A DNA stretch of 37,246 bases from Catajapyx aquilonaris (taxonomy: Eukaryota). Of this stretch, positions 12,600 through 25,640 are shown piece after piece. Position 1 is the stretch's first letter. The number at the start of each line of letters is the position of its first letter. Both the position numbers and the translations under genes were made by a program. Below the pieces are notes generated by a model. It did no database searches. It was given only the letters and a program-made list of their open reading frames with translations, and was not told the DNA's origin. The stretch spans positions 1-37,246 of the forward strand of contig JYFJ02003818.1 of assembly GCA_000934665.2 (NCBI GenBank), given 5' to 3'.

Positions 12600-13136
12600 C
12601 TAATTACAGGGGCGTATAGAAAGGGCTTCTTAGATCCACACTGTAGATATACCTAGTTGGAAAAAAAAGAAGGGCCTGACAATCCATCACGTGTCTTCGT
12701 GATATCCTTTCCTGCCAATAATATATCTCTGCAAGTGCTCCCATTCTGACTTTGCTCGTAGGAGGAGCCACGTAAATACTTCAGGGACTTACTAATGTAT
12801 GAAGAGCTCCCCCCGTATCTCTTCGTGGCCAAAGAAAAAGAAGCTTAATTCCATTGTTTTGGAAGCCAAATGCTCATCTCTTGGTGGCCACTTTGGGCCA
12901 TTATCCTGCGTGATATAACCCCAATCATGGTTCCAGGACTTGGTAAATGGCCTGCGGAATTCATCTCCTGCCGAGAGAGCCATTTTCGATGGGACCACAG
13001 CGATACTAGAAGTAATACTAGGGCTTGCGGATATATTACCGGGAGCATTTTCATCCATAATCTTATTTTAATAATGCGCGCCCTTGCAGGGTGTCTCGGA
13101 ACACTGGAACTTGGGAATAAATATTACTCCGCCTAA
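12600..13136 (+). mobile_element. Decayed Ty3/Gypsy RNase H end plus integrase zinc-finger/core start
   Basis: In order across frameshifts: QGRIER, KKEGPDNPSR (cf. GK.N..ADALSR), LNSIVLEAKCSSLGGHFG, MVPGLGKWPAEFISCRESH (cf. wWPgm.kdv.eyv.sC..C), TLELGNKYY (cf. T..GNkYiL). Confidence 0.6.
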
Positions 13137-14000
13137 AAGGGGGAGAAGATGCAATGCGGTTAAAGTAGTTCCACGTTTGTATTCATGAGCGGCGCAATAA
13201 ATTGTTTTGTATAGAAAATTAAAAATTGAAGAATTATTTTCAGATCAAATTAAGCTGACTGTAAATTAAACTGTGTTCAATTTTTTAAAATATTAAATAT
13301 ATTTAAAAAATATTTCCCCCAAAAAGGGTTATGCCCTCGTAAGGGGTAACATAATTAATTCATTAATAAATAAATAATATTTTTAAAATATATATCAAAA
13401 AGGTTACCGAATTTCAATTTGTTTGATGAAACCGATTTTGAGCCAAAATTCACATTTTCTGATATCTTATCAATTTTTTCATATACAAATGTGTCCAAGT
13501 GAGTGGATTTCCAGCACACCCTGTGGGGTCTGAGCACGATGTCAAGCCCAAATCAAGTCTTTGTCGGAATTACCTCGTTTACGTTTCAGGTCGGGGCGAT
13601 AGTCTAACCACAGTGCTCAAGCCCTGGTAATGACTGTTATTGCGGCAGTCCTCCCAACTTTTTGGACGTGACATCCCCAGGATTTGGGTTTCCGCAGCCA
13701 CTTTGGCCCTACCAGGATAGGTGCTTATAAAAATCCTGATAGGGATTAGGCGCCTGATAATACGGGACCTGTCGGGACTTGTGCGTGCAAAGCGGCGGGT
13801 GGCCTAATGCTGCCTGATTCGAGTGCCCGTCATGCACTGCATGAACACTAGGGGTACACTGTGTATTGTTACAACTGCTTGACTTGGATTTGTGGGAGGT
13901 TTTAACTGGGTGAAAGAAACTCGACTGTGTGACACTACAGTGCATGTTATTGGAGCAGACTTGCACAGTTCATATTAATATTGTGACCGGCATTGCGCGA

Positions 14001-14035
14001 GTGCACGTTAAGGATCCCCAGAGTGGCCAAATTTT
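14001..14035 (+). mobile_element. SINE conserved-core fragment (Nin/Deu-domain-like)
   Basis: gtgcacgttaaggatccccagagtggccaaatttt resembles the gtgcacgttaaagaaccccaggtggtcgaaattt core I recall from invertebrate tRNA-SINEs such as tick Ruka. Comparison is from memory. Confidence 0.45.
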
Positions 14036-14769
14036 CAGCACAGAAATAGGCCCCGCTGATAAGTTCACATGAATAAGAAAATCAGTATTATTTAAATAAT
14101 TAAATTACTAATTGAATTGTCAGGGAAAATATTGTTGACCCCAAAGTATATAAATTACAGTGTAGATCAGCAGTCACAAATTTCTAAAATAATTTTGCAA
14201 AATCATGTTCAATAATATGTCCTGGCTGCATCAACATAAGAGTCCAGCTCCAAATTGGCCAAACAGGTCTGACACCATTAAATATCGCCTCAGTAAAAAT
14301 TTTAAGCCCACAAAATCGTAATTGAATATCGGTCTTGCCCTTCTGCGCTTTCCATAACAAGTCCTTAACAACCTCGACCACCACGTCGACTTGTTAGCAT
14401 TTCTCGCAAATACAGTCATTAGTTAAGCTCATTTAAATTTCCAATCGTCACCCAGCACGCACCGTCCTTTTCAATTTGTATGTAACCTTTTTTTTTGTCT
14501 AAGAAGAGAATAATGTGCAAGTATGCTTCCTTACACACCGTGTACTTTGGGAGGTCCCCTACAGGGTGCGTTTCTTTGGTGGGCTCTAATAACCTTTCCC
14601 CCATCTTACTGGCCTAAAAGCGTGTCTGGCCCAAGATTTTCGAGTATAATTTACTGGCTTTGGCTCCGGCTTGCTTGACAGCTCCATGCTAACCTATAAT
14701 TAACGGATTTTTAATTGCGATTTACATACCTCCATTACAGAGGGCACTGTAAACGGAGATAACGTGTTG

Positions 14770-15010
14770 AATGGGAGATGCTGGGGGAGGGGTGTTTGAA
14801 AGAAGCTGGAGTTGTTGATGACACCAATGTACAGCCAGTAGTTAGGATGGAGTTATCAACCTTCCACACCATTATCTGGTTTTTGTATAAATTTATGTCG
14901 CGGTGCTGACACTCGGGAGGTACCGCCTGTTGTTTCTTCTTCCAAGTGCAACCTAGTGTTTTGGGCCCAAATTGCGTTGGAATTTGGAGGTTCCTTGTAG
15001 TGGGAGGATT
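14770..15010 (-). mobile_element. Possible decayed I-group (Ingi/Vingi-like) LINE RT fragment
   Basis: QIPTQFGPKTLGCTWKKK ... WKVDNSILTTGCTLVSST resembles PKYLGVTLD..L ... WGAd..tLrt.alaLvySt. Confidence 0.3.
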
Positions 15011-15169
15011 CTTGCCAAAGACATAAATATAGCACCGTAAATTACTGCTTAATTGAGCTTGGGCATGAAACAATGTCGATAGATGGCGTTACGTTACGTC
15101 ATTGATACAGTTTGTGTCTGACATTGTACAGTACAGTTGACATGATGAAAATGTCATTTTTTTCTAGCA

Positions 15170-15480
15170 TTATCCAACTAAGGCTATACAAACTTGTCTC
15201 ATCGACTCTCTCTGGGCCGGACGGGGTCCTATTGACTTGGCTCTCCCCTGTCAGTCGTCTGCATAGTACATTGGAAATGGACCCAAAACATGAATAATGT
15301 CAGGAGAGACAGAATCGGAAATAATTCATGGCGCCACTCCCGCCTGTAGGTATCTAGCGGAGAAAATAAGAGAAGCCAAAGGTGGGTCGTCAGAATGGGC
15401 CATGAGGTGGGGGTCTTGAAGTATATAAAAAAAGCCAGAGAGAAAGACATGTCCGAGGTATCTTTGGCCCAAAGGCGGTG
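15170..15480 (+). mobile_element. Decayed RTE-clade LINE RT C-terminal fragment
   Basis: LRLYKLV..TW..SRLHSTLEM / NVRRDRIGN / YLAEKIREA / RMGHEV matches the order of RTE K.YK.V..TW...RL...EM..LR..gVtr.DriRN...i.EKiRE.RLRWfGHV. Confidence 0.55.
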
Positions 15481-15749
15481 CTGCTGCTGCCATGATGGCC
15501 GCTCCCTTCTGCTTCCATTGTCTCCTTTTCCATCAAGAATTTACTGGCGCCGTCGTTTCCTGCGCTCGCAATGGGGCGGGCCAGGGGCTCAAGTGGACGT
15601 CACTCTCAAGAAAACGGGGGTGTAATGGAATTCTTTATACTCACAGGCGCACATCGGAAGCTTCATCACCTTCTTAGGGAACAACAGAAGTTCTATGTAT
15701 ATACAATCGCAGTCTCTGTCCGTACATCTTGATCAAAAATGCGACCAAG

Positions 15750-16020
15750 TGAACACCTAGAAACAATAATTATAGGCTATATTGAATCATCTTCAGGGGG
15801 GGGGAATATAAAAAATTGTTGGGAGGTCGATGATCAGAGATAGCTGGAGGAGACGCCCTTTGCTGGATGGTGATTCCACCTTTTCCGTGTCCAGTTTCGG
15901 ACGAGCCACTTACTTATCTTCTCTACATAACGCAACACTCCACCTCCGATACTTTACGAACTTGTCCCATATTATTTACCTGGGAGCTGATATGTCCAGG
16001 CAAATAGGTGGGCATGACCA
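15750..16020 (-). mobile_element. Decayed CR1/L2-type APE endonuclease fragment
   Basis: YQLPG...SIGGGVLRYVEK ... DHRPPN resembles ipGY...DR...GGGV.lYv ... YRPP. Confidence 0.4.
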
Positions 16021-17519
16021 ATAAATAGGCAGTATATGTAATTACTGTATGATATGAGTTCAATAATTTGTACGTTATAGAGGATAGATTTTGGCAAGAT
16101 GTCCGAAGTAAACATATCAATCAGTCTCCCAATTTTTTTATTGTTTTTGTTAGTTCTTTTGTAACCCGAATGTTTAGAAGTGGTCACGTGGAAACCTGGG
16201 GTGGCGGTTTGCCTGCTGTTGGCCCCTAAGGCCCAACTTGAGCCTCGCCTTTTCCTAGTCTCTTGACGGCCTCTGTGTTTGCTTTGGATGCCGTGGAACC
16301 TTAATTATTCATTTACTTGTTGGCTCTTCTGCCTGATGTGTTATCCCAGGTGATCAGAACCCTTCGGGACTGTGTAATTAGGATCGCGATTTTCTCCCAA
16401 GCCTTGATCAAGATCCCCCCCACCTCCCTCCTTCTCTTGCCCCCATCTTTGTTGAGGAAGACGGATGGTGGAAAACATAGGCTTTTACTGGGGTTTCCCA
16501 TCACGAAACCCCAGTTCTACATTTACCCTAAAAAGTTGAAGACCATCATTTGAGGACTGTTCGATTAGTGTGTAACACGCTGGGGTGTAATCAAGGTGGG
16601 TCGTCCCCACCTGTCAAGCGTCCATTTTCCACCATCCCTATTGTTGCTTGAATATATTTATTATGGGGATCATCTTATTGGATTACATGGATACGTGTAC
16701 ACACACTGGTCTGTACGATATCCCTAGCAGTAATCTATTTCGCAACCCAGAGCGTGTTGACTACACACTACAACCAAACGGCTATTTTGGGGTGGTCTTC
16801 AATCACTTCGGGTTGAAGTAGCGCTATAATTAACCTGTCGTTGGGAGATTTAGTTTGACGGGCAGGATCTGGAAACTGCGGCTAGCAGCGTTGCCTACAT
16901 TCAATGTACCATTCCCCCCCCCCCCCCCCCCNCCCCAACCTGAATTGGGGGAGGAGTACACCTCATGTGTCTTGTTTAGAGGGAGGCAAAAAAAAAACAA
17001 AAAAAAACAGACGATATACCGAATTTCTATGCCGATGATATCGTACTTGTGGCTAAAAACACATTTTGAATGAATCGTTCAAAAATGTTAATATTTTTCA
17101 AATTAATTTTGACTTCAGTTTCAGTAATAAAAATCCTGGTCAGCTATGAAACATTGTTGGTTCAGACAAGTCTAAGCACCTTTTGGGCTTAGACCAATAC
17201 TGCACGCAGGTATAAGAACATAGCCTAAGGAGTTTTCTTGTAAGGCCAATGCTAATGAGGTGTCCCAGCAAGTCCAGTTTGGTTTTCCTTCTCTTCCACA
17301 CCAGTCTAATGAAGCAATTTATCATTCATTGGCGGTACCTCCTACACCACTTAATTATGGGCCAGAAGCGGGGCCGGGATCACGTACCGGCAAATTCCAT
17401 TACCAATAGTCCACCCTGGACCACGGTACGTGTAAATAACAGTGGAATTAGCCGGAATTATATTCATAACTAAACTTTCAAGCTTTATTAATAGGGATAT
17501 TACATCTGCCAAAATCGGC

Positions 17520-17584
17520 CGGTAGATGTAGCTGCTTCAGTCCGCCGATACAGTAATGTCATCATGAAGCAGCGACATCTACCG
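17520..17584. repeat. Inverted repeat, 20-bp arms (mini-MITE-like)
   Basis: cggtagatgtagctgcttca (17520-17539) / tgaagcagcgacatctaccg (17565-17584), 1 mismatch. Confidence 0.85.
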
Positions 17585-17639
17585 TCCTTACAATCTTAAT
17601 AGTTGCAACCTATGCATAAAAATATAAAAAAATCTTTCT

Positions 17640-17811
17640 CACCTGCTGGTATAATTTGGAGCGAACAATTTTGAACCTCCCCTACCTGGTTGCTATACAC
17701 TGATCCGTTGTCACAGCGACGTATCTGACTCCGATTTTTGAATGCAAACCTTTTGTTCAGCTGTCTCTGGGGAAGAGCAAGGCAGCCGACAGAGTTGATG
17801 GCGTGTACCAT
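17640..17811 (-). mobile_element. Possible retroviral-type integrase core fragment
   Basis: QIRRCDNGSVYSNQ resembles the second-Asp motif irSDNG.Ey.n. This is a single motif only. Confidence 0.25.
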
Positions 17812-18084
17812 GATTGACCGTAATTGCTACGGAAATACTTCAATTATTTAACCCCCCCTTTTTGACATTTACCAAAAAAACTACATACAAAATGGAGTTG
17901 TTTTGGAACATTGCGATGTTGACCTGCTATTATCTAAAATTTTGGGGCATCTGGGGGAGAACTTTCACTAGTGGATTACCGGAAATCAGGTGTCCTTTGT
18001 TGTTGATTTTTTTTTCTAGGCTCGTAATACGATATGCTATTACAACCTATTATTTTTTGAACTGTAGGTAGCATTAAAGGGGAT

Positions 18085-18400
18085 GGACCTTGGTGTACAT
18101 AGTTTGAGGGCGCACATGTGCCTACCACGTGTCCCGGTGTGCCTTGCTCATGGTTTTAATATTCATGATTAGCGAATCGGGATAATTGCCTAGTGTCATG
18201 AAAGACTAGAACAAAGATGGGGGGGAAAAGAAATTCGCCGACTAATTTCCCCGTCGTGTTTGGGGGTAGCCGAACAATTGCGGAATTGCTTGTAAGCATG
18301 AAGCTTCCTCAGGCAGCTGTTGCGAGGCTGAAAACCTTAGAGAACAGCCTTGGGATTGTTGAGGCCTGCACATGACAGATTGTGTGCTACACACAGCGAA
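18085..18400 (+). mobile_element. Possible decayed R4/Dong-like restriction-like endonuclease C-terminus
   Basis: DLGVHS..C...NIHD*RIGIIA*CHERLEQRW / FPVVFGGSRTI...IVEACT*QIV follows rPDiv.....D.ni..ke.eKi.KY..L..ei.r.W....viPiViga.G.i. Confidence 0.3.
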
Positions 18401-18929
18401 ATTAAGGGGCTGATCTGATCATTTACCGCTCCTGCATTGTTGCTAGGGGAAAAAACGGCGCAATTTGGTCGTACTAATCCTTCAGAGCAAAAGGGGCCAA
18501 GTCTATACCTTCTCTATTCAAGGTAGTGTGTTTGACCATGTAAACTAATTAAAATAATTATGAGATTGTAATAAATTTGTAATTTGAATATGAATAATAT
18601 TTTAATTTAATTTATTTAAAGTTAGCTTATCCACTAATGTTATCGTTTTGAATATTTAAAAATCAACAATCGTTCTCCGTACCAGTGAAGGTGATCACTT
18701 ATATGGATGACGATTTTTGATTTTTTAAAAATTTTCAAACGATGACACTAGTGGATAGGTCTTTTATATAACAGTTTCTTAGACAAACATACCTCTTTTT
18801 CTCCCCTCTGGATTGTAAGCAAAGGCCCGTAACATCCCCAAAAAAAGGGCCCGCAAGCTCCAATTTCGTTCCGGAGACGACAGCTAGTTGACAAGGTGAC
18901 AGATTAGAGAGCTAGTCGGCGTGTCAGCG

Positions 18930-19180
18930 TCCGGCTCCCGATTCCTCCTGTCCCACCCTGTCCCCCCGTCGTCTTGACATCTGTATTACAGCCGCCCTGG
19001 AGTCAAAGAGTCCCCGATTTGGAATAGTAATGAGGCTAACTCTTAAGACAAAGCCGCCCATTGGATGTTTGGAATTCTCGGCAGCGATGGGAAAAGGTCT
19101 TCTCCGACTGAATATTAAATCAGGATCACTGTTCCTATCGCGGTTTTTGTCCGGGTTGGGACACTGTCCCTCGTCCACTA
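18930..19180 (-). mobile_element. Possible decayed LTR-retrotransposon aspartyl protease
   Basis: FVLRVSLITIPNRGLFDSRAAVIQMS resembles v.v.ing.pv.aLfDSGA.vs.ms. Confidence 0.35.
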
Positions 19181-19359
19181 ATCGCGTTGGGTGGACCGTG
19201 AATAGGCACGCGCTTGTTCAGACGTAAGGGTAACCGCATCAGGGTCCGATTAGACGGAAACCCTTAATCAAGGGTACTAGGAACAAAAAGTCAGAAGGAC
19301 AGGTGTCCTGTCAAAAAAAAATCAGGGTGTACCGGAGAAAGTGAGATGTGCAGGTACAG

Positions 19360-19490
19360 GGTGTAGCAGCAGGTGCTATTTTTCTTGATTGACCCCAGGC
19401 TCAATGTATGAACCAAGGACAAAGTGTGCAAGTACCCATTATGGGGGTGTTTTGATATAGGCAGCTGTATGTGGCAATGACGGCTTCATT
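19360..19490 (+). mobile_element. Decayed Helitron/Pif1-family helicase C-terminal motifs
   Basis: One frame reads AQCMNQGQSVQVPIMGVF*YRQLYVAMTAS, matching Pif1 motifs V-VI: TihKsQGqtl..v....vF.hGQLYVA(L/M)SR. Confidence 0.55.
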
Positions 19491-19905
19491 AATTAGCGGT
19501 ATGTACAGCATTGGACAGATCGGACACAAGGGAGTAATATTGAGTGACAAACGACCAATTGCATGACACACCGTAAATACCCGGCTATACTTTTCTACCA
19601 GACAACTTGCATGAATCGGCGTCGTTACCTGAGTCCTCAATACGATTTACCCGCCCCTCTAATGTGTCCAAGGTGACTTATAAATCGCGAACCGGAATAG
19701 CGGAAGCGATTTAGACCCCCACAGAAATTAACGACGATGGCCCCCTCTCTCCAAGTCATTCCAACTGCGATAAGTACCGACACAATAATTGAAACGAGTT
19801 CGTTCATGAGGCCGTACGTCATCAGAATTGGGTAGAACAAGTGTGGCATGGTCACGTATGTGGGTATAAATGCGACGTGTAACGCAAACCTGCTTCCCGA
19901 ACCCC

Positions 19906-20072
19906 GTGATTGGTGGAGAGCTATCCGATGAGAGCGTCACGCATCCTGTGATTGGTGGGAGACACTTGACGTCATCCGTCATTGGTGGGAGACACTTGAC
20001 GCCATCCGTGATTGGTGGGAGTCACTTGACGCCATCCGTGATTGGTGGATCACCGTTTTGACGTCATTCGTC
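19906..20072. repeat. 30-bp minisatellite containing CCAAT-box and CRE-like motifs
   Basis: attggtgggagacacttgacgYcatccgtS at 19951, 19981 and 20011, with diverged copies at 19909 and 20041. There are five ATTGG and two perfect TGACGTCA. Confidence 0.9.
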
Positions 20073-20149
20073 ACGTACGTTACGTTCTTGTTAGCTCTAT
20101 TTGCCCAAACATCATGGAGGAAAATGGTGGGATTTATGTAGCACGAGCG

Positions 20150-20560
20150 CCCCTCTTCGGTATGGGTATATATCCGTCGGGGGGGCCTCTGATTTCATTT
20201 GGTCTCCTCCTCCGTCCGCGTGTGTCAACAGAACCGTCCGCAGATCCTGGCCGTGCACTGCCCACTAACCAGTCCTAATTGCATCAGGAGCCAGTGGGGC
20301 TTGCAGGCTTCTCTGATGGGGAGAGACGGAAGGTCTTCTTAGCCTCCGAGACGGCGGACTTTGAGGTTTTTCAAGGGGGGAAGAAGGGCTTAAGAGAGTG
20401 GTGCAACCGAAATGAGCTGGGTCTCAGAAGACACCGTCCCGGCAGCGCAAACAGGAGGGGTTTGCTTAGATCCCCCCTTGCATATACCACGGTGTGTATA
20501 TGTATTCTGTTCCCTTGGCCGACAATGCTGGAGCCGCTGTGGCGCCTCGCCAGAACTCTT
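20150..20560 (-). mobile_element. Decayed non-LTR RT core fragment
   Basis: IHIHTVVYARGDLSKPLLFAL then KVRRLGG*EDL, compared with i.i.rGvrQGD.LSPLLF.l and i..L.YADDl at plausible spacing. Confidence 0.45.
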
Positions 20561-21480
20561 GACAAATCACCTGCACTCTAGGAGTAATCAAACGCATTGA
20601 TAATATTCGGGTTGCCTTTATGAAGGAGCCGACGATACGGGTATCGGGACATGGGAGAAGCTTCTAATGTAGTATAAATGTAGTGGCTGCGGGCAAAACG
20701 ATGCATTGATGCAGCGATCTGACAAAGATATTTGACGTCGCGGTTATACATCACTGCGGCTTCAACCAACCGCCAGCGTGCGTGTCATATGTGACTTGCA
20801 CAGCTGATGTGACCGCTTTGAATTAGAAATTTATCAAGAGTGGTTTGAAGAACTGTGAATATGCATGTATATACATTTAATTTTTAAATTGAATAATCAT
20901 AAGAATTTTCCAATAAATTTTGGCACCTACTTGCTCTGTACAACACCACATATGAGCACTACTGTCGAAATACAGAGATGTAGGTTGTGCCTTCAAAACT
21001 GCTTTACAACCCTGAGGACAGACAAGCAAACAATCCCTTTATTAGGCCTATACACACAATAATAATAGTAAGATGTTAAAAATACAGTTGAACGAACGCA
21101 TTCATAACTGTAATGTGATTTTAATGCCTCACTTTAAAACCGGGCTTGACATTTGGTGTGCCCAGAGGCATACAACAATCCAACATTATTAGATCCTCCA
21201 GGCCTTTCGAAACAAAAGTCTTCATCGATGAGTGCCAGCGATATATGTCAAAGCGTGCGTGAAGCCCCCACTATGAACGATCCGACTTCGATATTCCAAA
21301 GTCTCATCGGACAGAATCTCAAATCTGATGAAATGGGGCTCGTTTCCGACCAAAGATCGTTAGTCTCGGATGGCTTTACAGGTGGTCATCAGCCATAACT
21401 CTTGTCTCCGCCGCCGGTTACATATGTTCCCGTTTTCTTTTGTCTTCAAAAGGAACACCATCTGTGCTTGATGGATAGCT

Positions 21481-21564
21481 TGGCTGGGCCTATGTGGCTA
21501 GGCCTGTGTGGCTGGGCCTATGTGGCTGGGCCTATGTGGCTGGGCCTATGCGGCTGGGCCTAGT
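21481..21564. repeat. 14-bp tandem repeat, 6 copies
   Basis: (tggctgggcctatg)x6 with few variants. Confidence 0.95.
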
Positions 21565-22089
21565 GGGCTATAGGCTGACCCTGGGCGCATTTAACCACCG
21601 AAGCAGAATCAAAGAGTTGACATATATTAAAATGGTCGGCCTCTGTGTTCTGGATTACGTAGCACCCCCAGTGAGAATCAGGGCAAGGTCCTGCCATCTT
21701 CGCTTCCAGGACATCCAACAATTAGACGTCGATTGCGAACGAGCACGGCTGGAGAAGAACAAGAGGAAGAAAAGGAGGCTGGCAGGCCGCCCAGAAAGGA
21801 GAGGGTTGGAAACACTTTTGGCTTTATTGGAGGCTGCTGGCGCCGCAAACCCGACGGAAAGGGCCAGCTAAGCAAATCCGAGAGCTGGAGGAAGAGGCGG
21901 TTGCTTTTGACCGGATTAGCCTAAGTGGGCCTGTGTGGCCGCCTCTCTGTTCTGGCTGACTGGAGTGAAGCCCAAAGGAGCTAGAATAAAGGAGAGAGTA
22001 GGCTCAGCTCCGCCCTGTGCTCTCGCCTGGAAACCAAGAAGGAATTAGGCCTCCGAGGGGGGGGCTTCTCCAGCAAGACTGATACTATT

Positions 22090-22330
22090 GCTTATGGGAT
22101 GCGTTTTTACGTTCCCATAGTTTCATAAGGTTCCCATCAATCCGGACTCTAACCCGGGATTAACAGTGGTCCTTGGATGAAAAGACCGCAAGGCTACAGC
22201 GGTTATGTCTGTTTGGCTCAGGAGCATTTTCTTGCATGAGTTGGGTCGGACTATTCATGTGTTTATATCCTTTGCGTTACATGCGAGTGGAAATTACATG
22301 TTCCGTACTGCCTTGAACAAAGTTGTCATC
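22090..22330 (+). mobile_element. Decayed DIRS/LTR-type RT fragment
   Basis: LWDAFL / FHKVPINPDS / QRLCLFGSGAFS resembles DLkDAyfhvPihp....yqf..LPFGl..aP. Confidence 0.4.
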
Positions 22331-24949
22331 AGAAATAAGTAAAAATGTGGGCCTAGTGCGTGCGCTGAAAACACATGCGCAGAACTTATTTACCTACAAA
22401 ATATTCACCTAGTTGTCCTAGTAAATTCTCGGTTAGTTCCTCAAATAGTTATAACTGCTTATAAATAATAAATAAAATGTGATTGTGGCCTGCATAAGTG
22501 AACACCTATTCTCCAGCGTCCCTCGACCATAATCGCGATGACCACAGGCGTCTCCGCATGAAATAACCCCAATTATTGCTTTTCATTACTACTTTTTCTT
22601 ACAAAGTCACAATAGGGCTGCAACCCCCTTCATGCAGGTAATGGTCTATAGGGGGGGATGCTGCGGCCATTTGTCGCACACGCACAAAAACCAAGCTCTG
22701 TTGAATTTGTTTAAGACCGCAAAACCCCCCCTTTACCATCACTCTGCAATTAGGCGGAAAAATGGCCGCCGCCATTCACATCAGTTCGGAAGTTCCCTTT
22801 TTGTGCAGAAGCCACATCCGTCGTGTACCGCAAAAAGGAGCGTATGTGCAGGCGTACAATTTCGAGCATAGCAAACATGACATGGCCATGCACTAATAAC
22901 CCTCCAAGGACCGGCATGAATACCGGTGTCACTCAAAAGAGAGCAAGCCCTTACTTCGTGAAAATAGGCGCCACGAGACCTTTCCGTGTGGCACCCACCA
23001 GGTCAAAAAACATGTATAGTCCCATCGCCATTGGCCAACCTCGATGTTGAAAGTCACCCCCCCTTCTCATGTTTCGTGAGGCACGTCACATATAAGGGGG
23101 GTTTTCTAGTATGGGAACTGGCAGGGAGACACCTCCTCCCCGATCAAAGTATTGTTTCGTAATGAAAGTCCAAGACCTTACAGGAAACATGGTCTCCGGT
23201 CTTGCTCTCTTATTTTTTTATTTATTCGCTTGAAAATTCCTAGAGCAAATTACATGGTAGAGGCTCCCTGGAGATGCTTGCATGGTCCAAACTCTGTGCT
23301 CCCGTTTCATGTAGCCCGTCATTATTAAGATGTAGGCTTCGTGAGCAGGTAGAAAATCGTGAAGGAGGCATATCTTGGGCAATTATTATTCGTGTGTAGG
23401 GTAACGTGGGATTCCATGCTTGGAGGACACACTTCCTGTGCCTCGGAAAAATATGGATTCGTTGGTTGGAATGCGGATTTTTTTTCTGGTTCAAACGTGG
23501 GGGGGTTTTGAATTCAGTGCAATATTGCCAGGATGTCGCGTTTGTATAGAATAATATTCTTGGTTCTGTGGCTTATTATACATTCCTTTTGGTGACTGGA
23601 GTGGCCTTTGGGTGGTAAAATTGCCATACAGTGAATCATGATGGTTTTGACTAAGATATCACGTTGTTACAATTCGAACAAAATTCCGCAAGTACGACAA
23701 AAAATAGATTTCGTTACAAATACGGTTTCGTTTTTCTTAATGTAAGTAATATTCATCATAAATTGTTAACTTTGGCCACTGCAAATTACAGTGAAGATTA
23801 CAATGTAAGAAAAGGCATTTTAAAAGTAAGTTTCTTGATTATTATGAAATGCAAAGTGTAAAACTATATAGCCACGCAGTTAACAATATTATGGTCCTTT
23901 GAATTTACAGTATTATTTTTACAAGATTTTAATTTAGTTCATATGTGCGTCTCCGTTCATCGCTGACTACCCCTTATAGGAAAATGTCGTGATGTTGTTG
24001 TTGTATATTTGATATTTATTTTTGTAGAAAGCTCATGTTATTTGACTTTCAATTTGAGGTAAGCCCGGTATTTTCATACGTTAAATAACAGAGCGATTAT
24101 CCTGCAAGTTATGCAACCTCTGCCCTTCTCCAAAGAACGTTGTCTTATCAGCAGGATCAATATTTCAAACCGAACCGTTTATTGTGTAGGCTGTAGGGTG
24201 TTGAATTTTATGCCGGAAATATTAGGCAAGGAGTGACTAATCATTACGCTTGTCAGCAATTATTTATTCTGCGCAATTAATAGCATCAGGTCCTGTCCTT
24301 TATCAATTACAAGCGATAGAATCAAAAAAGTGAAAAACAATGCCTTCTAATGAGAACGGAAAAGATAACCCCCGTAATTTTGTATCGATTTGGCTTATGA
24401 ATTGTCTTAACCTCAGTACAAAGTGCGTTGAGTGCTTCATGTGCGTAAGAAAAACAAGTGTGAATAAGAGCGACTTATAAGGCCGAAACACAACCCTCTT
24501 ATTGTACTTAGTGGATGTGTGAGCAGCCTATATCCAGTACATACATAACTGTGTGAAGGCCTGATGGGCGCCTGCCGGTCCAGCAGACACAGAGAAGCCG
24601 ACCAGAACTCGCCGGGGATTCCCCACGGGTGGTATTACTCCCAAGATGCCGCCTAAATAATATGTACACACACCAGAGTTCATTTCTCATCACTGCATTT
24701 CATTCGTCACTCCGGCAGCCATCAAGGTAGGCTCACTCTTATTTTTAAACAGTGGTCACCCAGCAGTAACGGGCACTAATTAACTCTGGAACAGTAGTTT
24801 TTCGAAAACTAAGGCAACACCCCAAGCATTATCCAAACCCGTTCAGAAAATTCGCACAGACCATCCGATATCATCTACACAACTATTTAATTTCCTTCAA
24901 ACGGTGCGCTCCACACTCTAGGGGTCGCCTAAAGACGTAATCTGATTCA

Positions 24950-25640
24950 ACGGACTTGTACTCTCTGATTGTCGTGGTTCAAATCTGTCGGGGTCATCAC
25001 GGGCCCAACTCCAGGAGACAGTGATTAAAGATTCTAGGACCTGTCTCGCAAGCTGAGGAATCGCCCTCTATGTATATACCCTCCTTTCGTGCAAACGTGC
25101 CCCATGCCCCAGATGACTGATGATGCTGTGTCTCTCCTCTTTGTCGACAGTACTACCGATCTCTGCGGCCCTCTTTGGTCAGACTCTAAAAAATTTGTGC
25201 CCTTCTTGTCCGTCAACCGCAGGAGGTTTTACCAAAGGAAAGCCGCTGTTGTCCCCGGCCAAACACGGGTTTGCACTTGCAATTGCGATGTGGGTGGTAC
25301 CTACCGTGTGAAAACTGCACTGGCGAATATTTACACGTGATGAAGACATAAAAACCAACGTTTTTTTCTCCACCTGAACTTGGGCCGTCTCATTAAAGTG
25401 TAACTTATGAGGAGCAGCCAACGAAGGCCTGGTGGTGTCGACATTCTTTGGGCCACGGGCAGGACCGCCTAGGGAGCGCAAAAGGCTCCGAAGGGGCCCC
25501 CAAATTGCTCGAATCCAGTAAAACAATCGTGGAAGGTGACAAGCAGTGACAAATCGCGGGCTTTCATTTTTGTATCCAGCAGCGGTAACAGGCGGTGGGT
25601 TAGATATACCTCTTTGGCCCCCTCCACGTATCATAATTTT
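24950..25640 (+). mobile_element. Decayed Ty3/Gypsy integrase (H2C2 plus core)
   Basis: In order across frameshifts: GHHGPN, LYVYTLLSCKR, TDLCGPL, GFTKG..AKHGFALAIAM, RIFTRDE, NEGLVVSTF, LSFLYPAAV. Compare GHlG, yv.tC..Cq, D..GPL, FTK, iisDqG, NGlvErf, l.faYrt.v. Confidence 0.55.

Noticed and set aside
13790..13830. tRNA-like A and B boxes (tggcctaatg, gattcgagtgcc)
   Set aside because: The boxes are only a few nt apart and no cloverleaf forms. At most a SINE remnant.
19637..19670. GAGKSY as a Walker A motif
   Set aside because: Spacing does not fit GxxxxGKS, a stop follows at once, and there are no supporting motifs.
23280..23296. 17-bp exact match gcatggtccaaactctg with 26775-26791
   Set aside because: Does not extend convincingly. 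It cannot be distinguished from a tiny repeat relic or chance.
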